This document shows positions 54,333 through 64,000 of a DNA stretch of 64,000 nucleotides, one piece after another (position 1 is the stretch's first letter; each line of letters begins with the position of its first letter). The notes under the pieces were generated by a model. The model ran no database searches and was not told the origin of the DNA. It was given only the letters and a program-made list of their open reading frames with translations. Position numbers and translations under genes: made by a program. Source of the stretch: an uncultured Planctomycetaceae bacterium (GTDB lineage Bacteria > Planctomycetota > Planctomycetia > Pirellulales > PALSA-1355). The stretch covers positions 32,001 through 96,000 of the forward strand of contig CAWAUV010000006.1 of NCBI GenBank assembly GCA_963785305.1. Reading direction: 5' to 3'.

Positions 54333-55412
54333 GTGAACCTGAACGAGCTAGCTGGCGCCAGTGGTGAATGGCTACGCGGATCGGGTCCGGAATCGGATAT
54401 CGTGATCAGCAGCCGCATTCGCCTGGCGCGAAATCTGGCCGATCATCCGTTTATTTCCAAAGCGAGCCCGGCCGATCGGGCCGAGATCGAAGCCACGCTC
54501 CGCGAGCGGGTGCTCGCCATGACCGAGTTCGGCGAGCTCGACTATGTAAACGTCAACGAACTCAAGGGGCTCGATCGCCAGTTTCTCGTCGAGCGGCAAC
54601 TCATCAGCCGCGAACATGCCGAAAACGAAGGCGCCCGCGGCGTGGCGATCGATCGCCATGAGCAAGTCAGCCTGATGATCAACGAGGAAGATCATCTTCG
54701 CATTCAAGTGATGCATAGCGGGCTCGATCTCGAAGCCGCCTGGCGCCGGGGAGACCGCATCGACACGCTGATGTCCGAGCAGGTCGTGTTTGCCTTTCAT
54801 CCGTCGCTCGGATTTCTCACGGCCTGCCCCACGAACGTGGGCACCGGAGTGCGGGTGAGCGTGATGATGCACTTGCCGGCGCTGGTGATCACCCGGCAGA
54901 TCGACAAGGTATTTCGCAGCCTGCAAAAGATCAGCCTCGCCGTGCGCGGGCTCTATGGCGAAGGCTCGCAGGCGATGGGCGACTTCTATCAGATCAGCAA
55001 TCAGATCACGCTCGGCAAAAGCGAGATCGAACTCGTCAAGCAAGTGGGCGATATCGTGCCGGTGCTGATCGACTACGAACGCCGTGCTCGCGATTTTCTG
55101 ATTCGCGAAAGCCAGGAAAACCTGCACGATCGCGTGAGCCGGGCCTACGGTATTCTGCGCACCGCCCAAACGATCAGCTCCGAGGAGACCATGCACTTGC
55201 TCTCGAGCGTGCGCATGGGCGTGAACCTGGGTTTGATTCACGATGTGCAGATTCCCACGCTCAACGAGCTCTTCATTCACACCCAACCCGCGCATCTGCA
55301 AAAGCTCCGCGGAACCGAGCTCGACACGGCCGATCGCAATATCGAGCGCGCCCGATACCTTCGCCGCCATTTGAACAAGGAAAACGGCGAGCAGTCCGCC
55401 GCCAAGAACTGA
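54333..55412 (+). CDS. mcsB: Protein-arginine kinase McsB
   Basis: ISSRIRLARN, MINEEDHLRIQ, TACPTNVGTG, VRGLYGEGS. Confidence 0.95.
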   Translation: MNLNELAGASGEWLRGSGPESDIVISSRIRLARNLADHPFISKASPADRAEIEATLRERVLAMTEFGELDYVNVNELKGLDRQFLVERQLISREHAENEGARGVAIDRHEQVSLMINEEDHLRIQVMHSGLDLEAAWRRGDRIDTLMSEQVVFAFHPSLGFLTACPTNVGTGVRVSVMMHLPALVITRQIDKVFRSLQKISLAVRGLYGEGSQAMGDFYQISNQITLGKSEIELVKQVGDIVPVLIDYERRARDFLIRESQENLHDRVSRAYGILRTAQTISSEETMHLLSSVRMGVNLGLIHDVQIPTLNELFIHTQPAHLQKLRGTELDTADRNIERARYLRRHLNKENGEQSAAKN

Positions 55413-55459
55413 GCCCGGCGCGAATGCGCGCCAGCGGCGAGGGTTCGCGCCGGCGGCGT

Positions 55460-55963
55460 TCACGTCGCTTGCGTCTTGCGGCGAATGTCGGGCACGATGG
55501 CCCGGGGCACGAAGCGCGAGAGCTCCTCGTCGCCGGCCAGCACGGCGATCTGCTTGATGAGCGAGCTCGAAATATGCGAGAACTCGTTGTCGGCCATGAG
55601 AAACAGGGTCTCGATGCCGCTGTCGAGCTTGCGATTGGCGAAGCTCATGGTGAATTCGGTTTCGATATCGCCCAACGAGCGCACGCCTCGCAACATGAGC
55701 CGCGCGCCGCATGCCCGCACAAACGCCACGGCCAGCCCCGAAAACGCCCGCACCTCGACATTCTCCAAATCGCGCGTCACGCGCTCGACCAGCTCGACCC
55801 GTTCCTCGGGCGAAAACATCGACTGCTTTTCGATATTCACGCCGATGCCCACGATCAACCGGTCGACCAGCCGACTGCCACGCTGAATGACGTTTAAATG
55901 ACCGAGCGTGACGGGGTCGAACGAGCCGGTGTACACGGCGATGCGCGGATCGGACGAAGGCAT
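55460..55963 (-). CDS. coaD: Phosphopantetheine adenylyltransferase
   Basis: YTGSFDPVTLGH, RGVR, ISSSLIK. Confidence 0.95.
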   Translation of the reverse strand: MPSSDPRIAVYTGSFDPVTLGHLNVIQRGSRLVDRLIVGIGVNIEKQSMFSPEERVELVERVTRDLENVEVRAFSGLAVAFVRACGARLMLRGVRSLGDIETEFTMSFANRKLDSGIETLFLMADNEFSHISSSLIKQIAVLAGDEELSRFVPRAIVPDIRRKTQAT

Positions 55964-56088
55964 GGGACGCACGATTCCAAGTCGGTGGCGAAGCGGTTTC
56001 CTTGGTTAGCGAACGCGGCCGCTTTCATTGGGCCGGCCGCGACTCCGTGTATCATCGCCCAGCGCCGCCGGGTTTGCAAATCGGGCGA

Positions 56089-57618
56089 TTATTGCGTGAG
56101 AAACACGTCATGGGCCGGCGCCAGCAGCGTCGTGGGAGCGATCGTGAGATCGAGCACCGTGGCCACGGTCATCGTGCCGACGACGAACCGCGCGTTGTAG
56201 GTTCCCAAACCGGCGAGCACCATGTTGCCCCACTTGGCGTAAACCGTGCCCGATAGGTTTCCGCCGGCCAGGAGGGCTTCTTGCGCCATGACGATCGGGC
56301 GGCGGTCTTCGCGGCGCTGGAAGAAAAACAGGCCGTTGAAAGGGCTGCTCGCATCGGAGATCGGGCTGAACTGGCTGCCCAAGAGGCCGATATTGATCAC
56401 CGCGCTCGGCAGCAGCGTCGCCACTCCGGGCGACGGCGGGGTTGTGCCGCCATCGGCATTGTCGGGAGCGCCGCTGAGCGCCGAATAATTGGCGGTGTTG
56501 GTCACGTAAAACATCACCCCGTTGGCTGTCACTTGCCCGGCCAGGATCGACAGACCGAGACCCGTCTCGGGTCTGGTCGACGAGATGATATAGACGCCGG
56601 GCTTGAATGTCACGACGCTGAGCGGAGCGATTTCAATCCATTCGTACACGCCGGGCTTGAGCACCGTGGGAATGAGCGGAAGCGTGAGCACTCCGCCGTA
56701 TTGGTTGTTGGTGACGTTCGTCCCGTCGACCGCCACGGTGGGAACCGGCAGCGAGATCAGCGGATCGTCGACCGGCAGGCGACCGGCCGAGAGCGGCGAG
56801 GCTCCACCGGTGGAGAGCGGAAGGATATCGGCCGGATTTTGCACACCGCCCACGACGCGCATATTGTCGCAGTAGATATTCGTCAGACCGACCAGCGGCG
56901 TGCATGACACGGCCCAAGGCGGTGGCGAGGTCGAGCCGACGAGTTGATTGTTCTGATTCATTCCGCCCCATGTCGTGTTCACCAGCACACTGCCCTTCAC
57001 CGTGAGGTCGCCGAGCCCGAGCACCTGCATGCCGCCCAACACCGAAGGCACGGCCGGCAGCAGCGAGGTAATGGAGCTAAGCCCGGGGAGCGATAGCGAC
57101 GGCGGATCGGGATCGAGCACCACGATCGCCGCGCCGGTCGTCGCCGCCTGCGAGCCGGCCACCGAGCTCACACTGATCGTGCGCGGCGCCTGACTGCCCA
57201 GGGCTTGTAGAAAATAGGTGGCCACCGGCTGGCTGACCGTCACCTCGACGAAGCCCGATTGCCCGGCATAGGGGCCCGACGTGGGTGGGATGTTTGTCCG
57301 CGTGGTGGCGCTGGCGAGTCCATTGATCTGGGAAACGTATTGCGAGGCGACGCTCGAGGCCGCGGTTGCGGTGGCGCCCTGCTGGAGTTCCATGGCGGCG
57401 GCCGTGGCGGCGGCGTCGGCCACTTGCTGCATTACGCGATATTCGGAGAGCATCATCCCGCCGTCGTACACGAGCCCCAACATGGCCGCGAACACCGGCA
57501 AAAGCACCGCCACGAGCACCAGAATCTTGCCGCTCCGCCGGCTCTTGTCCGCGCGGCGGCGCGGCGGCCGCGCGCCGGTCGCCGCGGTCCCACGAAGCAT
57601 CGACCTCAAGAATCTCAT
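56089..57618 (-). CDS. TadG-like pilus assembly protein (Tad domain)
   Basis: RRSG + hydrophobic helix, DGG..MQQVADAAATAAA, IPPTSGPYAG..VEVTV. Confidence 0.8.
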   Translation of the reverse strand: MRFLRSMLRGTAATGARPPRRRADKSRRSGKILVLVAVLLPVFAAMLGLVYDGGMMLSEYRVMQQVADAAATAAAMELQQGATATAASSVASQYVSQINGLASATTRTNIPPTSGPYAGQSGFVEVTVSQPVATYFLQALGSQAPRTISVSSVAGSQAATTGAAIVVLDPDPPSLSLPGLSSITSLLPAVPSVLGGMQVLGLGDLTVKGSVLVNTTWGGMNQNNQLVGSTSPPPWAVSCTPLVGLTNIYCDNMRVVGGVQNPADILPLSTGGASPLSAGRLPVDDPLISLPVPTVAVDGTNVTNNQYGGVLTLPLIPTVLKPGVYEWIEIAPLSVVTFKPGVYIISSTRPETGLGLSILAGQVTANGVMFYVTNTANYSALSGAPDNADGGTTPPSPGVATLLPSAVINIGLLGSQFSPISDASSPFNGLFFFQRREDRRPIVMAQEALLAGGNLSGTVYAKWGNMVLAGLGTYNARFVVGTMTVATVLDLTIAPTTLLAPAHDVFLTQ

Positions 57619-57698
57619 CGGACACACCCTTTCGTCACGAATTCCCCGCAAGAAGTTTCGCCACCGACGTTTCCGGTTCAAATCGCGAGCGATGGCGA

Positions 57699-58163
57699 TC
57701 AGTGTTGAATCAACATCACCGAGCGCGCCGTGAGTGTGCAACTCGCCCCATAGACCTGAATGGGCGTGAGCGCCGCGTGCGTGTAACTGAGCGTGACCTC
57801 GACCCGGTGGCCGAGCGCGTTGTCGCCATCGGGCCAGGTGATCGAGAGCCGCACCTCGCCGGGCGGCATCATCGCCAGAACCGGCGTAATCACGGCGGCA
57901 TACGACGATCCATCGCCGGCCGTGGTGGCAATCGCGGTTGGTCCCCAGGCCGTCGCTTGCGGCGGGGCCAGGGCGCCATGCGTGGCCGCGGCGCGGGCCA
58001 ACCGCCGCGCGGCCTCCGAGAGCAAATCGTCTTCGAACTCCACGAGCGAGAGATCGAACATGCCGAAAATCAACATCAGGCTCGCGCCGAGCACGAGCGT
58101 CGATTCAAGCAGCGTGGCCCCGCGACGGCGGTCGCGGCGGATTCGTCGATGGCGGGCATTCAT
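57699..58163 (-). CDS. tadE: TadE-like pseudopilin
   Basis: RRG|ATLLE prepilin motif, EAARRLAR. Confidence 0.8.
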   Translation of the reverse strand: MNARHRRIRRDRRRGATLLESTLVLGASLMLIFGMFDLSLVEFEDDLLSEAARRLARAAATHGALAPPQATAWGPTAIATTAGDGSSYAAVITPVLAMMPPGEVRLSITWPDGDNALGHRVEVTLSYTHAALTPIQVYGASCTLTARSVMLIQH

Positions 58164-58196
58164 GCGGTCGGCCTCCACGGAGCGCGGAATCATTTT

Positions 58197-58673
58197 TCAG
58201 CGAAATTGACGCATCGTAAGCGACTGCTTCATGGCGATCGCGCCCGGCATCAGCGGCCAGCTCATGATCGGCGTGAAGGGATACACGACCGCGACGGTCA
58301 CTTGTTGCAAACCGTAGCTGGCCGTCGTGGTCGTGACGGTGATCGAGAGCGATCCGCTCGCGAAATTCGGAGTGGCGGCCATTTCCTGGGTCACCGCGCT
58401 TTCGATCGCGGCCTGCCAGCTCGCTTGGTTGTAGGTCGACATGGTTTGGGTCGCGCCAAACTCGGCGCCGACCCGGGCCGCGTTCGACATCGCGATATAC
58501 GTGGCGGCGAAGCGTCCGCAATCGACGCTCACCACGCACAGCAGGATCAAGAGCGGCGCCAAGATCGCGAACTCGGTGGCGGCCACGGCCCGTCGGCGAC
58601 TTCGAAAGCGCCGGTTGCTTCGCACCGTCTTACGTCGAAGGGCAACATGCGTTGATTGGCTCATCGTGGGCAT
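58197..58673 (-). CDS. tadE: TadE-like pseudopilin
   Basis: RRA|VAATEFAILAPLL, NAARVGAEFG. Confidence 0.85.
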   Translation of the reverse strand: MPTMSQSTHVALRRKTVRSNRRFRSRRRAVAATEFAILAPLLILLCVVSVDCGRFAATYIAMSNAARVGAEFGATQTMSTYNQASWQAAIESAVTQEMAATPNFASGSLSITVTTTTASYGLQQVTVAVVYPFTPIMSWPLMPGAIAMKQSLTMRQFR

Positions 58674-58676
58674 CCT

Positions 58677-59678
58677 TTAGCGATATCGCATCGTGACCGG
58701 CTTCGCGGGGGCGGGCGTAAAGCCTTTTCTCAATTGAATCGCGGCCGGCCCCACCAGCACCACGAAGATCGCGGGAAAGATGAAAAACAGGGTCGGCAAC
58801 AAAACTTTGACCGCCGCCTTGTGGGCCCGTTCCTCGGCGCGATGTTCGCGGCTGGACCGGAGCATGTCGGAAAGCTCGCGGAGCGCGTCGCTCATCGAAG
58901 CGCCATAGCGCTGCGACTGCTGGACAAAGGCCGCCAGCGAGCGAATTTCTTCCATGTCGGTCCGCTCGGCAAAATGCAGAAATGCCTCGTCGACGGCCGA
59001 GCCGACATCGATCTCGCTTCGCACGATGCGCAGTTCCTGACACAAGAGCGGGTGCGTCGTCGCGAGCTCATCGGTCACCCGCTGCAGCGCCGCTTCGATC
59101 GCGATCCCACCGTCGAGGCAAGCGGTCGTGAGGTCGAGCAGGTCGGGAAGCGAGCGCCGCAAGATCATGTGGCGGCGGCGCATCCGGTCGGCGAGCCACA
59201 TGCCCGGCGCCAGCAGACCCAGACAAGCCACGATGCCGGCCACGAGCAGTCCACGATAAAAACTCCAAGCGCCGAGCACCGCGCCAAAGAGCGCGGTCCC
59301 CGGCGCCAAGGTCATGGCCAGGAACTTCACCGCGCACACGTTCGCCAGGCCCGACGAGCCGTAGTAGCCGGCGCGCAGCAATCGTGTTTGCAGCCGGGTG
59401 CGCGCGGCGGCGTCGGTTAGGAGCAGTTCCGTGAGTTGGGTCCAGGGGTTCGCGACGAGCCACCGCGACATGCCGTCGGCGAAAAGTTTCGTCCAGGGTT
59501 CGGACCGTCCCTTGGAGTCGCTCGCGGGGAAAAGCTCGTGGAAGCGGAGCACCGTTTTCCGCTCGGGCCGGTTGAAATAATGCAGCACGATCGCGGAGCA
59601 AATCGTGACGCCCACGAAGAGCGACAACTCGAGCGCGGTAGGCCAGCGAAAAAACGTCGCCGCGAAAATGACGTACAT
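58677..59678 (-). CDS. tadC: TadC (T2SS F-family inner membrane protein)
   Basis: LPDLLDL..GIAIEAAL, AEERAHKAAVKVLLP..FIFP. Confidence 0.88.
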   Translation of the reverse strand: MYVIFAATFFRWPTALELSLFVGVTICSAIVLHYFNRPERKTVLRFHELFPASDSKGRSEPWTKLFADGMSRWLVANPWTQLTELLLTDAAARTRLQTRLLRAGYYGSSGLANVCAVKFLAMTLAPGTALFGAVLGAWSFYRGLLVAGIVACLGLLAPGMWLADRMRRRHMILRRSLPDLLDLTTACLDGGIAIEAALQRVTDELATTHPLLCQELRIVRSEIDVGSAVDEAFLHFAERTDMEEIRSLAAFVQQSQRYGASMSDALRELSDMLRSSREHRAEERAHKAAVKVLLPTLFFIFPAIFVVLVGPAAIQLRKGFTPAPAKPVTMRYR

Positions 59679-59704
59679 GGCGATACTTCTCCGTGGAGGG
59701 TTGC

Positions 59705-60662
59705 TTAATATTCGAAATTCACGATCTTCCAAATCGCCGCCGCGCCCACGGCTTGGGCGCCGGCCGCGACATGGAGCAGCCAGGCGTTGTCGAGCAGCGT
59801 GCGCGCGTGGCTGGGGTTCACGAACCAAATCGCGATAAACGCCAGCGGCGGGAGCGCCATGAGCACCGTGGCCTGCATTCGGCCCTCGCCGGTGAGGCGC
59901 CGCCACTCGCTCGCGCAAACTGAGTCGCTTGCGAATCATGCCGGCGAGTTTGGAGAGCAGATCGGCCAGATTTCCGCCCGAACGTCGCTGCACGATCAGC
60001 GCCACGACGAAGATGCGAAGCTCCATCACATCGATCCGCCGCGCCAAGCTTCGCAAGGTGTCGTCCACCGGAATGCCGAGGTTTTGCTGTTCATAAGCGC
60101 GGGCAAATTCGTCGGCCAGCGGTGCGCGGAAGCTTTGCGAGACCACTTGAAACGAACTGGTGAGCGACTGCCCGGCCCGGAGCGCGCGGGCCATGAAGTC
60201 AAACGCTTCGGGCAATTGGCGCCGAAAGACTTGCAGACGTTTGCGTCGGGCCGTCGCCGCCCAAATCCAAGGCGCCGTGGCGGCAATCGTGGCTCCGCCG
60301 AGCGCCAAGAACCAACCGCGCCCCGCGAGCAGAACCAGCCCCGCGGCGGTTCCGGCCAGCACCGCCGAAGCCGAGGCAAACGCGCCGACCGAAGCGCCGA
60401 TTCCCGCCTGTTCGAGAAACACCTGGATTCCTTGCGCGAATTGCACAAGCCGTGGAGATTGCGCCGCCGTCGACAGACGCAGATCGCGAAACAGCGGTGA
60501 AACCGTTTCCCGCCGTCGCGAACGCTCGCCAAGCTCATCGCGGATCCGTTGGTCGACGATCGTCCGGTCTCGTGTCCAGAGATCGAGGAACAACGTGACC
60601 AAGGCCACGGAAAACAGCGCCGCGGCGGTGATCGTGGCGGCGAGGATACTGGAGTGTTCCAT
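59705..60662 (-). CDS. tadB: TadB (T2SS F-family), frameshift near 59900
   Basis: QLPEAFDFMARALRAG, QRRSGGNLA; second-frame LTGEGRMQATVLMALP...WKIVNFEY*. Confidence 0.88.
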
Positions 60663-60692
60663 CGGTTGGCGCCTTTGGAAAGGGGCGGTCGA

Positions 60693-62059
60693 TTAGTGCG
60701 TTGATTGCGGTTGAAGCCCGCGCGACGCCGAACCACGCGACGCGGCGGCGAATTCGAGCCCGCGCGGCGAGTGGGCTTCGCGGGCGCGAATGCGACCCAT
60801 GCAGCGCGGTTCGGCGTCGGCGGCCAGGAAATCGCCCACGGCGAAGCCGCGCTCGTCGACGCCCGTTTGACGGAATCGATACAAGTCATTGAGCGCCACG
60901 CCATCGGCCGACACACCCTCGACTTCGGCGATGCCGGTGATCTTGCGCGCTCCGCCCTGCAGCCGGGCAGTCTGCACCACGATTTGAACGGCCGAGGCGA
61001 TCTGTTTGTGCATGATCGCCAGCGGCAGGTCGAAGCCGGCCATGCCGACCAGCAATTCGAGCCGGCCGATCGCGTCGCGGGGACTGTTCGCGTGGATCGT
61101 GGTCAGGCTCCCGTCGTGGCCGGTGTTCATGGCTTGCAGCATGTCGAACGCCTCGCCGCCGCGGCATTCGCCGATGATGATCCGATCGGGCCGCATCCGA
61201 AGCGCGTTGCGCACCAAGTCTCGCATCGTCACCATGCCGACCCCCTCCAGATTCGCGGGGCGTGTTTCCATGCGGGCCACATGCGGCTGTTCGAGCCGCA
61301 ATTCCGCGGCGTCTTCGATCGTGACCACGCGTTCGTCGACCGCGATGAAGCTGGAGAGCAGGTTGAGCAGCGTGGTTTTGCCGCTGCCGGTGCCGCCGGA
61401 AATCAAGACATTGAACCGCGCTCGCACGGCGGCCGTGAGAAAATTCAGCATCTCGGCGGTCGCCGCGCCCGAGTCGATCAATTGCTTGGTGCTGAGCGGC
61501 CGGGCGGCGAAGCGGCGAATCGAAACGAGGGCTCCGTCGAGCGCCAACGGGCGAATCACGGCGTTCACCCGGCTGCCGTCTTGCAGGCGGGCATCGACCA
61601 TCGGGCTTGATTCGTCGACTCGGCGTCCGACCCGCGAGGCGATCTTTTGCACCACCGCGACAAGATGATCCTCGTCGTCGAACGCGATCTCCGTGGGCTC
61701 CAACCGGCCACGACGCTCGACGAATACTTTTCGCGGGCCATTGATCAAAATATCGGAAACGGTCGGATCGCGCAGCAGCGGCTCGAGCGGGCCGAGACCA
61801 AGCGTTTCGTCGATTAGTTCGGCGATCAATCTGCGCGGTCATGGTGCGAGACCGCTTCGAGTTGATTGCGGCAGAGCTCCTCGGCGCCGCCGCGAAGCTC
61901 GCGCCGCAGCGCTTCCGGATCGAGCGATCGCCAGGCATTGAGATCGATGCTTTGAATGAGCCGGGCATGCAGTTCCTTGCGGAGCTGCGCGAGCCGCTGG
62001 TCGGGCTCGCCAGGCGGAGCGTTCTTCGCGATCGGCGTCGGAGTTTCGGATCCGAACAT
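60693..62059 (-). CDS. tadA: TadA/CpaF secretion ATPase, frameshift near 61830
   Basis: [49 protein letters not shown]. Confidence 0.95.
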
Positions 62060-62089
62060 GGCGATGACTTTCGCGCGGGTAAAATCTCG

Positions 62090-63193
62090 CTATCGCGCTA
62101 GCAGGCTCAGCGCGAGCGATTGAATAGTTTTCGACACATTCGACGAGCGAGCGTCGAGCACGACCGGTCGTGCCAAGTTGTTGGCGGCCGTGACGCATTT
62201 CGGGTTGTCCGGAATCACATGCGCGATCGGGCGGCCGAGCGCTTCGCCGGCTTTGCTCGGCGCCACTTCGCCCGTCACGCCGGCTCGGTTGGCCACCACT
62301 TCGATCTTGCCAAGCTCCACGCCCTCGCGCTCCAGATACATCAGACTCTTGCGCATGCGCACCAGCGACACGAAATCGAGTCGCGTGAGCATCACCAGCG
62401 TGTCGCAAGTCATGATCACGCGCATCTGCTCGCGATGAAAAATGTCTTCCAAGTCCACCACCGCGGCGGTGAAGATTTCGGTCGCCAGTTCGAGCACTCT
62501 GCCAATCGATTCGGGCCCGATGACGCCGACATGTTCCAAGAGCGGCGGACTGGCCAAGAGGCGGATGCCGCTCGAATGGGCTTAAAACGAGGTTTCGAGA
62601 TGCACGCGATCGAGTTGCGGCTGCTTGCAGAGCTCGCCGACATGAGTCGTGGGGCGAAGTCCGAGCAGCGTGGCGAGATCGCCGCCGCGGAGTTTCAGGT
62701 CCAAAAGGCCGCAGCGGCCGCGATCGCGGGCAAACTCGGCGGCGAGGTTGACCGCCACGGTGCTGCATCCCGAGCCGCCCGAGGCCGACGCGATCGCCAC
62801 CAGCGTCCCGCGCCCGCAGCGCGCCGCTTGACTGGCCCGCATTCGTCCGAGTAGGGCCACGAGTGATTCTTCCAATGTGGCGTCGTCGAGATAATCGCAG
62901 GCGCCGGAGCGAATCATCGCCAGAATGTGTTCTGGTCCGCGACCCGAACCCACGGCCACCACGGCGGCCTGGGTCACTTCGCCCAGTTGATGCACGGTGT
63001 TGCGAGCCTCGTCCACATCGGGGCCTTCGGCGACAAACACCAGGTCGGGCGGCGGATCGAGCCGCGTGATCACGGCTCGGGCGGCGTCGTGCGTGGCGAC
63101 GATCGGTTTTTTGAATCCTTGGCCGTGGCGCTTCAGCAGCATGTTGAGCTGCGAGGCAACCCGCGCGTGGCCATGAATGATGACCGTTTGCAT
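62090..63193 (-). CDS. cpaE: CpaE/TadZ (receiver-like + MinD/ParA-like ATPase), frameshift near 62580
   Basis: AMIRSGACDYL, deviant Walker A SASGGSGCSTVAVNLA, LLDL, VVDL. Confidence 0.85.
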
Positions 63194-63592
63194 AACGATT
63201 GTTTGGGGGTTTGGTCGGTCGGGCGTCTGGTGGTCGCACGACGCGAATGCCGCGAATTTTTGCAATGCCGGAGATCGAGAGATGCAAGGACACACCGCCC
63301 GACTGGCTAGTGTGACTATACCGTAAGAGGGGTGTCGTGCCGCGGGTCGCGAAACTTTCTCGCGTGCATTACCGCAATCCCCGGCGATGCGCGGTGTTGC
63401 ATGCGGCAAAATCAGAACGATCCCCCCAGGCCCATCCTGGAAAAAAATCGACTTTCGCCGGCTCGCGGCTCGACAGCTCGGCGGGACCGCGGATAATGCG
63501 GTCCGGAATCATGTGGACGGGGATCCCGCGGACTGCGCGGACATTGACGGGGTCGCCGAGCGCGGCGCGCAGGGCGCCGGGGGGAATAGACG

Positions 63593-64000
63593 ATGGGTAA
63601 GAATCCGATCGCGGTCGGCGATGCGGCGCCCGATTTCACATGGACCTTGGCCGACGGGACGACTCGCTCGCTGGCCGACTTTCGCGGCCATTCGGCCGTG
63701 GTGCTGTTCTTTTATCCCAAGGATCACACCTCGGTTTGCACCGCCGAAGCTTGCTCGTTTCGCGACAACTTCGCCGCGGTTCGAGCCGCCGGCGCCGAGA
63801 TTCTGGGCATCAGCGGCGATTCAGCGGCCAGCCACGACCGTTTTCGCGAGGAACACGGGCTGCCGTTTCCGCTCGTCAGCGACGGCGACCGCGCGATTCG
63901 ACGCAGCTATGGGGTCGGCCTGTTCGGTGGCCTGATTCCAGGGCGAACCACCTTCGTCATCGATCGGCAGGGCATCGTGCGGCATGCGCATTCGGGCCTT
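63593..64000 (+). CDS. bcp: Peroxiredoxin, BCP family (truncated by window end; absent from the ORF track)
   Basis: Manual translation: MGKNPIAVGDAAPDF...FFYPKDHTSVCTAEACSFRD...GRTTFVIDRQG. Confidence 0.9.
   Translation, partial: MGKNPIAVGDAAPDFTWTLADGTTRSLADFRGHSAVVLFFYPKDHTSVCTAEACSFRDNFAAVRAAGAEILGISGDSAASHDRFREEHGLPFPLVSDGDRAIRRSYGVGLFGGLIPGRTTFVIDRQGIVRHAHSGL

Noticed and set aside
58677..60662. Apparent 661-aa TadB-TadC fusion ORF
   Set aside because: The true TadB C-terminus is in another frame (stop at 59705) and TadC has its own ATG at 59678; the read-through is a frameshift artefact.
2940..62580. Programmed ribosomal frameshifting or mass pseudogenisation
   Set aside because: There is no consistent slippery motif, the breaks hit unrelated housekeeping genes, and the rest of each gene is undegraded; sequencing indels are more likely.

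Overview
High-GC bacterial chromosomal segment. Gene content (MoxR/DUF58/BatA/vWA operon, DUF4159, CHAT-TPR, DUF11, sulfatase, mcsAB, Tad cluster) points to a Planctomycetota (Pirellulales-like) genome. About 45 genes were recognised. Roughly 20 carry frameshifts, including trpE and galT, so most breaks are probably long-read indel errors and genes were reconstructed across frames by eye. Core genes: GH57 and galT, hisC-hisB, trpE, mcsA-mcsB, coaD, a partial tad/cpa operon and bcp. Accessory highlights: (1) an uncharacterised three-gene operon at 26180-31406 encoding a DUF559/Vsr-like nuclease, a small putative winged-helix protein and a ~1100-aa protein with two P-loop ATPase modules (AAA-like plus HerA/FtsK-like), a candidate novel anti-phage system; (2) an ABC-ATPase + TOPRIM-like (DUF3226-type) pair sitting inside the moxR operon; (3) an intact IS701-like element (43891-45353; 25-bp perfect TIRs, 5-bp TSD) and three identical 185-bp MITEs sharing its end, each with its own 5-bp TSD, one cleanly interrupting a gene; (4) several families of REP-like palindromes, one nested in another. 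No rRNA, tRNA or CRISPR array was seen. All calls come from reading motifs; no searches were run.
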